Below are positions 10,522-20,812 of a stretch of DNA of 64,000 nt, piece by piece (position 1 is the first letter of the stretch; the number at the start of each line of letters is the position of its first letter). Below the pieces are notes generated by a model that ran no database searches, was not told where the DNA came from, and saw only the letters and a program-made list of their open reading frames with translations. The translations under genes and the position numbers were made by a program. Origin of the DNA: Gammaproteobacteria bacterium (GTDB lineage Bacteria > Pseudomonadota > Gammaproteobacteria > JAADGQ01); NCBI GenBank assembly GCA_015490755.1, contig WFXF01000002.1, positions 8,433 to 72,432 of the forward strand, in the 5' to 3' direction.

Positions 10522-11504
10522 TGACTCTCTTTATAGACGAAAAAAAACTTTGTGACTTAGGTAGAGCGGTTGTTGAGGTTGAAGCGGCGGCTGTAGCCGC
10601 ACTGGCAGTACGCATTGACAAGTTTTTTGTCCAGGCCTGTCGCCATATGTTGGCTTGTGAAGGCCGAATTGTTGTTATTGGCATGGGAAAATCGGGTCAT
10701 ATTGGCGGTAAAATTGCGGCAACATTAGCCAGTACCGGAACGCCTGCATTTTTTGTTCACCCAGGTGAAGCCAGTCATGGTGACTTGGGGATGATCACGA
10801 ATAAAGATGTTGTTTTAGCACTGTCAAATTCAGGTGAAACCGATGAAATCCTGACGATTGTACCCCTGATTAAACGGTTGGGTGTTCCACTTATATCAAT
10901 GACTGGAAATTCATCGTCGGCACTGGCAACGTCATCGACGGTGCATATTGATGTGAGTGTTGAAAAAGAGGCATGTCCATTAGGTTTGGCTCCCACATCC
11001 AGTACGACGGCTGTTTTGGTTATGGGTGATGCGCTGGCTGTATCAATGCTGGAGGAGCGGGGATTCACGGCAGAAGATTTTGCATTTTCTCATCCGGGTG
11101 GCCGTTTAGGGCGGCGTTTACTGTTGCATATCCAGGATATTATGCATACGGGTGATCGAATTCCCCAAGTAACAGAAGATGTTTTGCTTGGTGATGCTCT
11201 GGTGGAGATGACCAAAAAAAGTTTAGGTATGACGGTGGTGGTGGATGTTAAGTCCCGGGTCACTGGTGTTTTTACCGATGGCGACTTGCGGCGCGTGATT
11301 GACCATGAGTGGGATGTTCATACTACGCCGATTACTGAGGTCATGACACGGCAGTGTAAAACCGTACAGGCCGATCTATTGGCGGCAGAAGCACTGCAGT
11401 TAATGGAGCAATCTGCAATCAATGCGCTGCCTGTCGTGGATAGTGAGAACCGGCTAGTCGGTGCATTTAATATGCATGATCTTTTAAAAGCAGGAGTCGT
11501 TTGA
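10518..11504 (+). CDS. kdsD: arabinose-5-phosphate isomerase (SIS + tandem CBS)
   Basis: An SIS domain (GMGKSGHIG) plus C-terminal CBS pair. Its start overlaps the yrbG stop. Confidence 0.93.
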   Translation: MMTLFIDEKKLCDLGRAVVEVEAAAVAALAVRIDKFFVQACRHMLACEGRIVVIGMGKSGHIGGKIAATLASTGTPAFFVHPGEASHGDLGMITNKDVVLALSNSGETDEILTIVPLIKRLGVPLISMTGNSSSALATSSTVHIDVSVEKEACPLGLAPTSSTTAVLVMGDALAVSMLEERGFTAEDFAFSHPGGRLGRRLLLHIQDIMHTGDRIPQVTEDVLLGDALVEMTKKSLGMTVVVDVKSRVTGVFTDGDLRRVIDHEWDVHTTPITEVMTRQCKTVQADLLAAEALQLMEQSAINALPVVDSENRLVGAFNMHDLLKAGVV

Positions 11505-12031
11505 TGGACGCTATTTATCAACGTGCGACAAAGATTCGCCTGGTCATTTTTGATGTTGACGGTGTATTAACAGACGGTCGGCTCTACTTTGGCGCTGAAG
11601 GCGATGAGTATAAAACATTTCATGTTCGTGATGGACTCGGTATGAAAATGTTACAGGCGAGCGGTGTAGCCATTGGAGTCATTACGGCACGGCGTTCAAA
11701 AGCAGTGGCTCTGCGTATGGAGGCGCTGGGTGTCGAATATGTCTATCAAGGGCAAGAGAATAAAGTTCCTGCATTTGAGAATTTACTGGAAAAAGCACAA
11801 CTAGAAGCAGCGCAGGTGGCTTATGTCGGTGATGATATTATTGATCTGCCAATTATGCGGCGTGTGGGATTAGCCATTGCCGTGGCTGATGCGCATGAGC
11901 ATGTAAAACAGTACAGTCACTGGCAAACAAGCCGTAACGGTGGCTGTGGTGCAGCACGTGATGCATGTGAATTGATTATGAAAGCACAGGGCACACTAGA
12001 TGCTCAATTTCAGAAATATATTAACGCTTAA
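11501..12031 (+). CDS. kdsC: 3-deoxy-D-manno-octulosonate 8-phosphate phosphatase
   Basis: HAD family (FDVDGVLTDG). Conserved after kdsD. Confidence 0.9.
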   Translation: MMDAIYQRATKIRLVIFDVDGVLTDGRLYFGAEGDEYKTFHVRDGLGMKMLQASGVAIGVITARRSKAVALRMEALGVEYVYQGQENKVPAFENLLEKAQLEAAQVAYVGDDIIDLPIMRRVGLAIAVADAHEHVKQYSHWQTSRNGGCGAARDACELIMKAQGTLDAQFQKYINA

Positions 12032-12569
12032 AAGTGGTACAGGCCGATGGCTGCTTGTGACAGGTCTATTAATTATCGTAGTTTGGGGGTGGAAAAGCCT
12101 ACATCCGACCACATCGGATACTCGGCCAAAAACCAATGAGACTCCCGACTCTTTTTTTTCAAAGTTCAAGTCCGCCAAAATGGATGAAACCGGTCAGATT
12201 CATTATGAACTATCTGCATCTATGTTGTATCACTACTCAGGTGACAAACGAGCAACGCTGGAGCTTCCGATGATCAGATTGTTTGAAAGCGGTGAGCAGG
12301 TTTGGCGGGTTCGTGCGAATGCTGGAACGGTGATTAATGGCGGTGAGAAGTTTGAGCTGCAAGGCGATGTGGAGTTGTTTCGAGAGACAGATGGTTTCTC
12401 TTTAAAAACCGAAACGCTCACTGTTTGGCCAAATCAATCAAAAGCTGAAACAGATAAGCCCGTTATATTGATAAGCACACTTGGTGAGATTAAAGCTGTA
12501 GGTATGCATGCTGATTTTTTAAATGAACGGCTGACACTTTTATCCCAGGTCAGAGGTCGTTATGAATAG
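12000..12569 (+). CDS. lptC: LPS export system protein LptC
   Basis: 189 aa with an N-terminal TM anchor, in the conserved position between kdsC and lptA. The start may lie slightly downstream. Confidence 0.75.
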   Translation: MLNFRNILTLKSGTGRWLLVTGLLIIVVWGWKSLHPTTSDTRPKTNETPDSFFSKFKSAKMDETGQIHYELSASMLYHYSGDKRATLELPMIRLFESGEQVWRVRANAGTVINGGEKFELQGDVELFRETDGFSLKTETLTVWPNQSKAETDKPVILISTLGEIKAVGMHADFLNERLTLLSQVRGRYE

Positions 12570-13083
12570 TTGTATTAAATTAATTTTTATCGGATTGTTG
12601 CTTTTGCCTGTGATGGCATTGGCGCTAGAGGGTGATCGTGAGCAGCCGATCTATATTGAAGCGGATGAATTTGTTGCTGACCGACAAAAAAATATCAGCA
12701 CATATCGTGGCAATGTCTCTTTAAGGCAAGGAAGTGTTGAGTTGTTGGCAGATAGCATTGTTGTGACCGGTGGCCAGGATCTGGAAAAAATTGTCGCAAA
12801 AGGTCAGCCGATACGTTTTAGTCAAATATTAAAAAAAATATCATCAGGGGTGATACAAAAAATCCGCGGCGAAGCCTTGACACTTAAATATTTTGTGGAG
12901 ACGGAGCAACTGATTTTTGAAGGAAAAGCTCACTTGTGGCGTGATTTTGATGAATTTATGGGTGATTATATTGAATATGATATGCGCCTGAATAGAGTAA
13001 ATGCCAAGCGAGTGGAAGGGAGTCAGGAGCGGGTGAAAGTTATTATTCAGCCACGAAAAAAAGAGGTGCAACCTGAGCAATGA
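12562..13083 (+). CDS. lptA: LPS transport periplasmic protein LptA
   Basis: Signal peptide and an OstA-like beta-jellyroll. Lies between lptC and lptB. Confidence 0.85.
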   Translation: MNSCIKLIFIGLLLLPVMALALEGDREQPIYIEADEFVADRQKNISTYRGNVSLRQGSVELLADSIVVTGGQDLEKIVAKGQPIRFSQILKKISSGVIQKIRGEALTLKYFVETEQLIFEGKAHLWRDFDEFMGDYIEYDMRLNRVNAKRVEGSQERVKVIIQPRKKEVQPEQ

Positions 13084-13805
13084 GCAGGCTTGAGGCGCAG
13101 CAGCTTGTCAAGCACTACCGCACAAGGAAAGCGGTAAGTGATGTGTCGGTTCGAATCGATGGCGGCGAGGTCGTTGGTTTATTGGGGCCTAATGGTGCAG
13201 GGAAAACAACCAGTTTTTACATGATTGTTGGATTAATCCCTTGTGATGGTGGAAAAATTACACTGGATCATGATGATATTACGGACTTACCCATGCATAT
13301 GCGTGCACGTAAAGGAATTGGTTATCTGCCTCAGGAAGCATCGGTTTTTAGAAAATTAACCGTGGCCGATAATATTATGGCTATCTTGCAATCAATCCCT
13401 GGGTTATCCTCTAAAGAACAGAAGATACAGCAGGAAGAGTTGCTGGAAGAGCTGCATATTACTCATATATACAATCAATTGGGAATGAGTTTGTCGGGTG
13501 GAGAGCGTCGGCGAGTAGAAATTGCTCGTGCATTGGCGACGCGCCCAAAGTTTATTTTATTGGATGAACCTTTTGCTGGAGTTGATCCTATTTCAGTGCT
13601 GGATATCCAGCGTATTATTGGTCATTTGAGAGATAAAGATATCGGGGTGCTTATTACCGACCACAATGTCAGGGAAACATTGGACATCTGTGGGCGTGCC
13701 TATATCATGAATGAAGGCAGAGTGATTGCACAAGGAACACCCGAAGTTATTTTAGGTGACGAACAGGTTCGGCGTGTTTATTTAGGGGATAGCTTTCATT
13801 TATGA
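13080..13805 (+). CDS. lptB: LPS export ABC transporter ATP-binding protein LptB
   Basis: Walker A (GPNGAGKTT), an ABC signature (LSGGERRR) and Walker B. Confidence 0.95.
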   Translation: MSRLEAQQLVKHYRTRKAVSDVSVRIDGGEVVGLLGPNGAGKTTSFYMIVGLIPCDGGKITLDHDDITDLPMHMRARKGIGYLPQEASVFRKLTVADNIMAILQSIPGLSSKEQKIQQEELLEELHITHIYNQLGMSLSGGERRRVEIARALATRPKFILLDEPFAGVDPISVLDIQRIIGHLRDKDIGVLITDHNVRETLDICGRAYIMNEGRVIAQGTPEVILGDEQVRRVYLGDSFHL

Positions 13806-13867
13806 GTAGGTTACAATGGATGTAGCGCGGACATGAATAATTCAGCAGGATGAGCTTATAATATTCA

Positions 13868-15352
13868 ATGAAACCATCACTTCAACTTCGAATTGGCCAG
13901 CAACTGTCGATGACACCACAGTTGCAGCAGGCAATACGTTTATTGCAGTTATCATCATTAGAGTTACAGACTGAAATTCAAGAGGCGCTAGAGTCTAACC
14001 CTTTGCTCGAAGTGGAAGAAGAGCATCAGGAAAGTGTTTTGCCTTCGGAAATAGAGAGCAAAGCTGCTGACTCTTCTCAAGAGACAGAGCCACTTCTGAG
14101 CGCCTCCCAAGATGCAACCGTTGATTTGCAAGCATCGGATGAAATTCCACAAGAGCTCCCAATGGACAGCCACTGGGAAGACACTTTTGATACAGACCGC
14201 ATCTCTTCGATCAATACAGTGGCTTCAGATGAGTATCCATCAGATCGTCGCCCTGTTGCAGGGCAAACGTTAGCTGATCATCTTTTATGGCATGTTCAGC
14301 TCACGCCTTTTAGCGAAATAGATCAAACCATTGCGATAGCCATTATTGATTCTATTGATGAAAGTGGTTATTTGAATGCATCTCTGGAGGAGATTCAGCA
14401 AGGGCTTTGTCAGCAAGAGTATGAGGTTGAGCTGGATGAAGTTGAAGCGATGCTGCGCGCGATACAAAGTTACGGTCCACCGGGTGTGGCGGCACGCGAT
14501 TTGAAAGAGTGTTTACAATTACAATTAAAATCACTGGATCCTCAGCCTCTATGCTTGGCAGAGGCACAGATTCTGGTGGATACGCATATGAATTTGTTGG
14601 CGAATCGTGATTTTAAACAACTCATGAAACGTATGCGGTTAACTCAGGATGAGTTACAGGATATTGTTGCTTTGATCCAGTCCCTCAATCCTCGTCCTGG
14701 TTATCAAGTTGCTGACAGTCAGCCTGAGTATGTTATTCCTGATGTTTTTGTGAGAAAACACAAAGGAGTCTGGCGTGTTGACTTGAACTCAGAAGGTTTG
14801 CCGCGTTTGCGTGTGAATGCTCAGTATGCAGGCCTGGTTCGACGTGCGGATAATAGTGTTGATAATACATACCTCAAAAATCATCTGCAGGAGGCTCGCT
14901 GGTTTATTAAAAGCATACAGAGCCGTAATGAAACGTTGTTGAAAGTGGCGACGAGTATTGTAGAGCGTCAGCAGGCATTTTTTGAACGAGGTGAGGAAGG
15001 TATGGTACCTTTAGTCTTGCATGATGTAGCTGAAATGGTAGAGATGCACGAGTCAACAATATCGAGAGTGACTACGCAAAAATTTATGCACACACCCAGA
15101 GGGGTTTTTGAGTTAAAATATTTTTTCTCAAGTCATGTGAGTACTGCGAGCGGAGGTGCATGTTCATCCACGGCAATACGCGCTTTAATTAAAAAACTCA
15201 TTGCTAATGAGAATGGAAGCAAGCCACTTAGTGACAGTAAAATTGCCGATTTAATTGAAAAAGAAGGTGTTAATGTGGCGCGCAGAACGGTTGCAAAGTA
15301 CCGTGAAGCAATGGCGATACCTTCATTTAGAGAGCGAAAACAGCTCATTTAA
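13868..15352 (+). CDS. rpoN: RNA polymerase sigma-54 factor
   Basis: A Gln/Leu-rich N-terminus, and the C-terminal RpoN box (ARRTVAKYRE). Confidence 0.95.
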   Translation: MKPSLQLRIGQQLSMTPQLQQAIRLLQLSSLELQTEIQEALESNPLLEVEEEHQESVLPSEIESKAADSSQETEPLLSASQDATVDLQASDEIPQELPMDSHWEDTFDTDRISSINTVASDEYPSDRRPVAGQTLADHLLWHVQLTPFSEIDQTIAIAIIDSIDESGYLNASLEEIQQGLCQQEYEVELDEVEAMLRAIQSYGPPGVAARDLKECLQLQLKSLDPQPLCLAEAQILVDTHMNLLANRDFKQLMKRMRLTQDELQDIVALIQSLNPRPGYQVADSQPEYVIPDVFVRKHKGVWRVDLNSEGLPRLRVNAQYAGLVRRADNSVDNTYLKNHLQEARWFIKSIQSRNETLLKVATSIVERQQAFFERGEEGMVPLVLHDVAEMVEMHESTISRVTTQKFMHTPRGVFELKYFFSSHVSTASGGACSSTAIRALIKKLIANENGSKPLSDSKIADLIEKEGVNVARRTVAKYREAMAIPSFRERKQLI

Positions 15353-15376
15353 TATCCAAACTGGAGATATAACTTA

Positions 15377-15700
15377 ATGCAAATTAATATCAGTGGACAT
15401 CATGTTGAAATTACAGAGGCGTTACGCAACCATGTAGAAGAAAAGTTTGCCCGTTTGAGTCGTCATATGAGTCGTGCAGGTAATGCGAAGGTGATTCTCA
15501 GCGTAGAGAAATCAATTCAAAAAGCAGAAGCAACAATAAAGGTTAATGGTGGTTCTGTTTTTGCTGATGCATCAGGAGACAATATGTATGCCTCTATTGA
15601 TGCATTAACGGGAAAGCTGGATAGACAGCTCATTAAATATAAAGAAAAACAGTCCAGTCATCGTGGATCACAGCAGCTAGAGATTGATGAATCAGAATGA
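15377..15700 (+). CDS. hpf: ribosome hibernation promoting factor
   Basis: 107 aa of the sigma-54 modulation protein / YfiA family, immediately after rpoN. Confidence 0.9.
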   Translation: MQINISGHHVEITEALRNHVEEKFARLSRHMSRAGNAKVILSVEKSIQKAEATIKVNGGSVFADASGDNMYASIDALTGKLDRQLIKYKEKQSSHRGSQQLEIDESE

Positions 15701-16179
15701 TACAGCTGTCAGATTTTATCTCTGCTGATAATGTGGCTTGTGGCATTCGTGCCACAAGTCGTAAGCGGGTGCTGGAAGTGCTCGGAGATGTATTGGCGGA
15801 AAATAGTGAAGAGGTCTCTGCTCCGGCAGTATTTAGTAGTTTGCATACACGAGAGCGTTTAGGGAGCACAGGGATTGGTTATGGAATAGCGATTCCCCAT
15901 GGCCGAATAGAGGGATTGAAAACAGTATTGGGGGCATTTGTTCAGTTAGAGTCAGGCGTTGATTTTGATTCCCCTGATAAACAGAGTGTGGACCTTTTAT
16001 TTGCACTTATAGTTCCTGAAGATTCGACTGAAATCCATTTGAAACTGCTTGCTCAGTTGTCACTCATGTTTAAAGACAAAGCTTTGTGTGATCAGCTGCG
16101 CCTTGCAAAATCACGACAATCCCTGCATGATTTGCTGACCAAATGGCAACCACTTACCAATGACACCACCACCTCTTAA
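15697..16179 (+). CDS. ptsN: PTS-Ntr EIIA(Ntr)
   Basis: A PTS EIIA type-2 fold with a conserved His in the GxAIPHG motif. Confidence 0.9.
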   Translation: MIQLSDFISADNVACGIRATSRKRVLEVLGDVLAENSEEVSAPAVFSSLHTRERLGSTGIGYGIAIPHGRIEGLKTVLGAFVQLESGVDFDSPDKQSVDLLFALIVPEDSTEIHLKLLAQLSLMFKDKALCDQLRLAKSRQSLHDLLTKWQPLTNDTTTS

Positions 16180-17101
16180 TAGCGGCAAACTTTTTAAATT
16201 ATTGCAGGGTAAACTGGATTGGGTTTGGCAAGCTGGGCGTGAAGGAGAGGAGCGTTTGATCCGTTTGGAGGAAAAACCCGGTGTCGCATTAGTGGGACAT
16301 TTGAATTTAATCCATCCAAGCAGGATTCAAGTATTGGGTCATACCGAGCTGCTTTATTTGAAGCGCTTAAAGAAAAACTCCTATCATGATACATTGGCTG
16401 CCCTGTTTTCTGAAAATCCTGCCATGGTGGTCTTTGCGGATAACGAAGTGGTGAGTGAAGATTTCAGGCAATATGCTTCAAGAGAAAAAACCCCGTTAAT
16501 TTCATCGAAAGTTTCCAGTCATACACTAATTGAACGCATTCGCTGTTACCTTTTTAACTGGTTTGCAGCCAAAGTAACATTACATGGTGTTTTTATGGAA
16601 GTGATCGGTATTGGTGTATTACTGACGGGTGATAGTGGTATTGGCAAGAGTGAGGTGGCATTCGAGCTTTTAAATCGAGGGCATCGTTTGATTGCAGATG
16701 ATACAACTGAATTTTCTCGTATTGCATTGGATACTCTGAGTGGTACGTGTCCTCCCGTGCTGCAAGATTTTTTGGAAGTGCGAGGTTTGGGCGTTATCAA
16801 TGTTCGTGAGATGTTTGGTGACAGTGCGATTAAGCAGAGCAAATATTTGCGTTTGATGATTCATTTTAAACAGATGACGGATGAAGATTTAAACCAGATC
16901 GATCGGTTGCGTGGCAGCGGCCAGCAGAACTCTATATTAGATGTTGATATTCCACAAATCACTTTGCCCGTTGCACCCGGTCGTAGTCTGGCTGTTTTGG
17001 TAGAAGGTGCTGTGCGTAATCATATTTTATCGTATCGTGGTTATAATGCTGCGCAGCATTTTATTGAGCGGCAACGGGCTTGTATCGCTGAGGGGCAATA
17101 G
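16160..17101 (+). CDS. hprK: HPr kinase/phosphorylase
   Basis: The P-loop GDSGIGKSEVAFELLNRGHRLIADD matches the HprK catalytic domain. An N-terminal domain is present. It overlaps the ptsN end by 20 bp. Confidence 0.88.
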   Translation: MTPPPLNSGKLFKLLQGKLDWVWQAGREGEERLIRLEEKPGVALVGHLNLIHPSRIQVLGHTELLYLKRLKKNSYHDTLAALFSENPAMVVFADNEVVSEDFRQYASREKTPLISSKVSSHTLIERIRCYLFNWFAAKVTLHGVFMEVIGIGVLLTGDSGIGKSEVAFELLNRGHRLIADDTTEFSRIALDTLSGTCPPVLQDFLEVRGLGVINVREMFGDSAIKQSKYLRLMIHFKQMTDEDLNQIDRLRGSGQQNSILDVDIPQITLPVAPGRSLAVLVEGAVRNHILSYRGYNAAQHFIERQRACIAEGQ

Positions 17102-17992
17102 ATGAAACTGACGATTATAAGTGGTTTATCAGGGTCGGGGAAAAGTATCGTATTGCAGGCCATGGAAGATTTTGGCTATTACTGTATTGATAATTTACCT
17201 CTCGGTTTGCTCTCTGAATTTGCAATGCAGGCACGTATTATATTGCGCCAGGGGGGCGCTTCCTCTGAAGAGGTGAATAAAGCGTTGAGCCATGTGGCTG
17301 TCGGTATTGATGCACGTAATATTGTGGGTGGGTTGCAGCACTTTCCGGAAATTATTGCCGACCTTAAATCAGAAGGGATTGCTTGCGAGGTTGTTTTTTT
17401 GGACGCGGATGATTCTGAGTTGCTGAAACGATTTAGTGAAACGCGCCGAAAGCATCCGTTAACACGTTCAGATGTCTCACTGACGGAAGCCTTACAGATT
17501 GAGCGGAAGCTATTAAAATTCATTTCTGAAGGTGCTGATTTATATATTGATACAACACTCATCAATGTTCATGAGCTACGCACTGTTGTTCAGGAACGCA
17601 TTGTTGGAAGATCCGATGAATCCAGCATGTCATTGCTGTTTTTATCATTTGGTTTTAAGTATGGTGTTCCCGTTGATACTGACTTTATTTTTGATGTACG
17701 CTGCCTGCCTAATCCTCATTGGGAAGCTGCTTTGCGACCCATGACCGGGATGGATCAGCCTGTTGCCTGCTTTTTAAAACAGCAGCCACTAGTGGAGCAG
17801 ATGTTTGACCAGGTGAAAAGCTTTGTTGAATATTGGGCGCCCCATTTTGAAGCGGAGAATCGCAGCTATTTGAATATAGCGATTGGTTGCACAGGAGGTC
17901 GGCATCGTTCTGTTTATCTTGCACAACGAATGACGGAGTATTTTAAGGAGCAAAGAGATCATGTGCTGGTTAGGCACAGGGAGTTATCATGA
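17102..17992 (+). CDS. rapZ: RNase adapter protein RapZ (YhbJ)
   Basis: An N-terminal P-loop (GLSGSGKS) and the conserved C-terminal GCTGGRHRS motif. Confidence 0.92.
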   Translation: MKLTIISGLSGSGKSIVLQAMEDFGYYCIDNLPLGLLSEFAMQARIILRQGGASSEEVNKALSHVAVGIDARNIVGGLQHFPEIIADLKSEGIACEVVFLDADDSELLKRFSETRRKHPLTRSDVSLTEALQIERKLLKFISEGADLYIDTTLINVHELRTVVQERIVGRSDESSMSLLFLSFGFKYGVPVDTDFIFDVRCLPNPHWEAALRPMTGMDQPVACFLKQQPLVEQMFDQVKSFVEYWAPHFEAENRSYLNIAIGCTGGRHRSVYLAQRMTEYFKEQRDHVLVRHRELS

Positions 17993-18393
17993 GTGTGGGA
18001 TTATTAGTGATTGCACACAATCAGGTGGGAGAAGCTCTGCTTGAGGCGGCTTCGGATATTTTTAAATCATCACCGTTGTTAGTAAAAGTTTTACCGGTAT
18101 ATCCACGCAGCAACTTTGATGGATTGGTTAAAAAGTCCAGTCAATACCTGCAAGAGCTGGATACAGGGCATGGTGTATTGGTATTAACGGATCTGTTTGG
18201 TTCTACACCCAGTAATATCGCTAATAAGTTAGTATCGGAAACAATCAATTCAATTGTTATTGCGGGGGTTAACTTACCCATGCTAATTCGTATATTTAAT
18301 TATTCCCACCTTGAATTGAAAGAGCTTGCAATAGCGGCGGATGAAGGTGGCAGTAATGGTATTGTCTCTTTTGATCCTAATGGCGTGCGCTGA
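17989..18393 (+). CDS. PTS EIIA component, mannose/fructose family
   Basis: 134 aa with an EIIA-Man fold, in the position of the betaproteobacterial ptsM/ptsL-like EIIA, after rapZ. Confidence 0.8.
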   Translation: MSVGLLVIAHNQVGEALLEAASDIFKSSPLLVKVLPVYPRSNFDGLVKKSSQYLQELDTGHGVLVLTDLFGSTPSNIANKLVSETINSIVIAGVNLPMLIRIFNYSHLELKELAIAADEGGSNGIVSFDPNGVR

Positions 18394-18666
18394 TTGATGC
18401 AACGAAGAAAAATTACCATTGTAAATAAGTTGGGTCTACATGCACGAGCGGCAGCTTGTTTTGTGAAACTGGCCATTGGCTATAAAAGTCAGGTAAAGCT
18501 GGAGCGAGAGCATCAACAGGTTAATGGTAAAAGTATTATGGGAGTGATGATGCTTGCGGCAAGCCAAGGCACAGAGCTGTTTTTGGTGACAGAAGGTGAA
18601 GATGAGGTCGTTGCAATTGAGGCACTGGCGCAGCTGGTATCAAACCGCTTCGGTGAGCAAGTATGA
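18394..18666 (+). CDS. HPr / NPr phosphocarrier protein
   Basis: 90 aa. The active-site His lies in the GLHARAA motif, as in HPr (His15) and NPr. Confidence 0.88.
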   Translation: MMQRRKITIVNKLGLHARAAACFVKLAIGYKSQVKLEREHQQVNGKSIMGVMMLAASQGTELFLVTEGEDEVVAIEALAQLVSNRFGEQV

Positions 18667-18674
18667 ACATTTTT

Positions 18675-19844
18675 TTAACTTGCATCCGCAAGAGTAATAT
18701 CACTCAGTCTATGGTTGATGTGTTGGATATTAAGGTCAGTGCCCAGTTTAATCTTAATGCGCATTTCATTACTTGAATCGGCATATTGCAGTGCATCGCT
18801 ATATGAAATAATACCCTGTTTGTAAAGTTTATAAACAGACTGGTCAAAGCTTGTCATGCCATGTAGCGATGACTTTTTAATTAACTCTCTGATTTCATTA
18901 AGTTTATCCTGGGAAATTAACTCTGATACCAGGGGGGTGTTAACCATGATTTCCAGCGCAACCTGGCGGCCTTCACCGTTCAATTTAGGGATGAGCCTTT
19001 GTACGATAATGGCATTCAAATTAAGTGAAATATCCATTAAGACCTGTTGTCGCCGCTCTTTGGGAAATAGATTGATCATTCGCTCTAATGCCAGCTCAGC
19101 ATTACTGGCATGGAGTGTGGAAAGGCATAAATGTCCGGTTTCTGCGAATGTCAGGGCATGCTCCATGGTTTCACGGCTACGGATTTCACCAATTAAAATA
19201 ACGTCAGGCGCCTGGCGAAGTGCATTCTTTACAGCGGGCTCATAAGAGTCTGTATCCAGACCAACTTCACGCTGTGTGATAATGCAGCCATCATGCTTGT
19301 GAATAAATTCGATAGGATCTTCTATGCATATAATATGCCCTGAGCTATGCCGATTGCGTGTACCAATCATGGCGGCAAGTGAAGTTGACTTTCCAACACC
19401 GGTTGCGCCCACAAAAAAGATCAACCCCCGTTTTGCCATTGCTAATTTATTGAGCAAGGGTGGTAAGCCTAAGTCACCGATCGTTGGGATTTGAAATTCA
19501 ATTTTGCGAACCACCATTCCGACATGGCCTTGTTGACGGAATACGTTGACCCGGAATCTTTTTTTGTTAAAACAGCTGATTGCAAAATTACATTCATTGG
19601 TTTTTTCAAACTCAATGCGCTGTTTTGGTGTCATGGTCTGGTGGGCAATTGTGCGGGATTGCTGAGGAGTAATAATAGTTTGGTTGATCTGAATAATTTC
19701 ACCGTCAATCTTGAGTGAAGGTGCGATTCCACAGGTGATAAACAGGTCTGAAGCGCGTTGCTCTACCATGAGTTGTAAATAGCTCATGAACAGATGGTTC
19801 GATTTATTTGGCATAGACACGCTATTATCTGCTGGTTTGCTCAT
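18675..19844 (-). CDS. pilU: type IV pilus retraction ATPase, PilU-like (PilT/PilU family)
   Basis: Near-collinear with P. aeruginosa PilU (ASDLFIT…, Walker A GATGVGKST, and a His box). Confidence 0.9.
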   Translation of the reverse strand: MSKPADNSVSMPNKSNHLFMSYLQLMVEQRASDLFITCGIAPSLKIDGEIIQINQTIITPQQSRTIAHQTMTPKQRIEFEKTNECNFAISCFNKKRFRVNVFRQQGHVGMVVRKIEFQIPTIGDLGLPPLLNKLAMAKRGLIFFVGATGVGKSTSLAAMIGTRNRHSSGHIICIEDPIEFIHKHDGCIITQREVGLDTDSYEPAVKNALRQAPDVILIGEIRSRETMEHALTFAETGHLCLSTLHASNAELALERMINLFPKERRQQVLMDISLNLNAIIVQRLIPKLNGEGRQVALEIMVNTPLVSELISQDKLNEIRELIKKSSLHGMTSFDQSVYKLYKQGIISYSDALQYADSSNEMRIKIKLGTDLNIQHINHRLSDITLADAS

Positions 19845-19923
19845 CGTTCTTCCTAAACTTTGTAACTATTATTTATGTAAACGACTATTTTGCATAGGTT
19901 TCTTTTCAAGAGATATTAGCACG

Positions 19924-20085
19924 ATGAACTATCAAACAAGCACATTTATTTTAATATTTTTAATAACAGCTTTTTCATCACCTGTTTTTGCTGTAGATTC
20001 GGGCCGGGATGGCTACAAAATAGTTGGTCAGATGCATCTGGTGGCTTTCTATATCTATCCATATCCAGGTACGTCAACGCATTAA
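19924..20085 (+). CDS. small hypothetical secreted peptide (about 53 aa)
   Basis: An ATG at 19924 opens a predicted signal peptide (FILIFLITAFSSPVFA|VD) inside a longer ORF. There is no recognisable similarity. Confidence 0.25.
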   Translation: MNYQTSTFILIFLITAFSSPVFAVDSGRDGYKIVGQMHLVAFYIYPYPGTSTH

Positions 20086-20173
20086 ATGTGAAATGGATTA
20101 TCATGTAGGCCTTGACTCACACCAAACTCAGTAATACGATTAATATTTATGTGTTACTAGCAAGGTTTTTGAT

Positions 20174-20791
20174 ATGCGTTTCTCTATGATTGTTTGCTTC
20201 TTTTTGTTGTCAGCTGCTCTTTCATCAGCAGTTTATGCGCATAAAGTTAATATGTTTGCTTATCAGGAGGGGGGGCAGGTTTTTGTTGACGGTTATTTTG
20301 CCGATGGCAAAAAAGCACAAAAAAGTGAAGTGGCCGTTTATGATGAACAGGGTCAATTACTACTGAATGGTGAAACAGACAATGAAGGAATGTTTGTTTT
20401 TACGCCAGCTCATGAAGGGGCGCTACGTATTACACTGGACGCGGGTTTGGGGCATAAAGCCGAGTATGAATTAAGTGCTGATGAGTGGGGTGAATCGGCA
20501 GATTTGGCTTCTTCAACCGTGAGTGATACTGTACAGGCGCAAGTGGTGAACTCTTCTGACGCCAAAATAGCGGCTCATTCGGTGCTATTGGGATTAGAGG
20601 ATGAAAAAGCTTTACGGGAAATGATCAAAAAAGCTGTCCATGATGCGAATACACCTTTAATAAGAAGTCTTGAAGAAGCACAACATAAAGCATCATTGAG
20701 TGACATTATCGGAGGTGTTGGTTTTATCTTTGGTATTTTTGGAGTTCTACTCTATTTTAAGGCTCGTAAACAGTCGAAAAATACTGCTTGA
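20174..20791 (+). CDS. hypothetical membrane-anchored periplasmic protein. After the signal peptide the mature protein begins with His (AVYA|HKV). Possibly a DUF4198/NikK-like metal-binding beta-sandwich, which is uncertain.
   Basis: Signal peptide, a roughly 150-aa soluble region, and a single C-terminal TM (IIGGVGFIFGIFGVLLYF) followed by basic residues. Confidence 0.55.
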   Translation: MRFSMIVCFFLLSAALSSAVYAHKVNMFAYQEGGQVFVDGYFADGKKAQKSEVAVYDEQGQLLLNGETDNEGMFVFTPAHEGALRITLDAGLGHKAEYELSADEWGESADLASSTVSDTVQAQVVNSSDAKIAAHSVLLGLEDEKALREMIKKAVHDANTPLIRSLEEAQHKASLSDIIGGVGFIFGIFGVLLYFKARKQSKNTA

Positions 20792-20812
20792 AATGTTGTT
20801 GTTTGATTGGAT

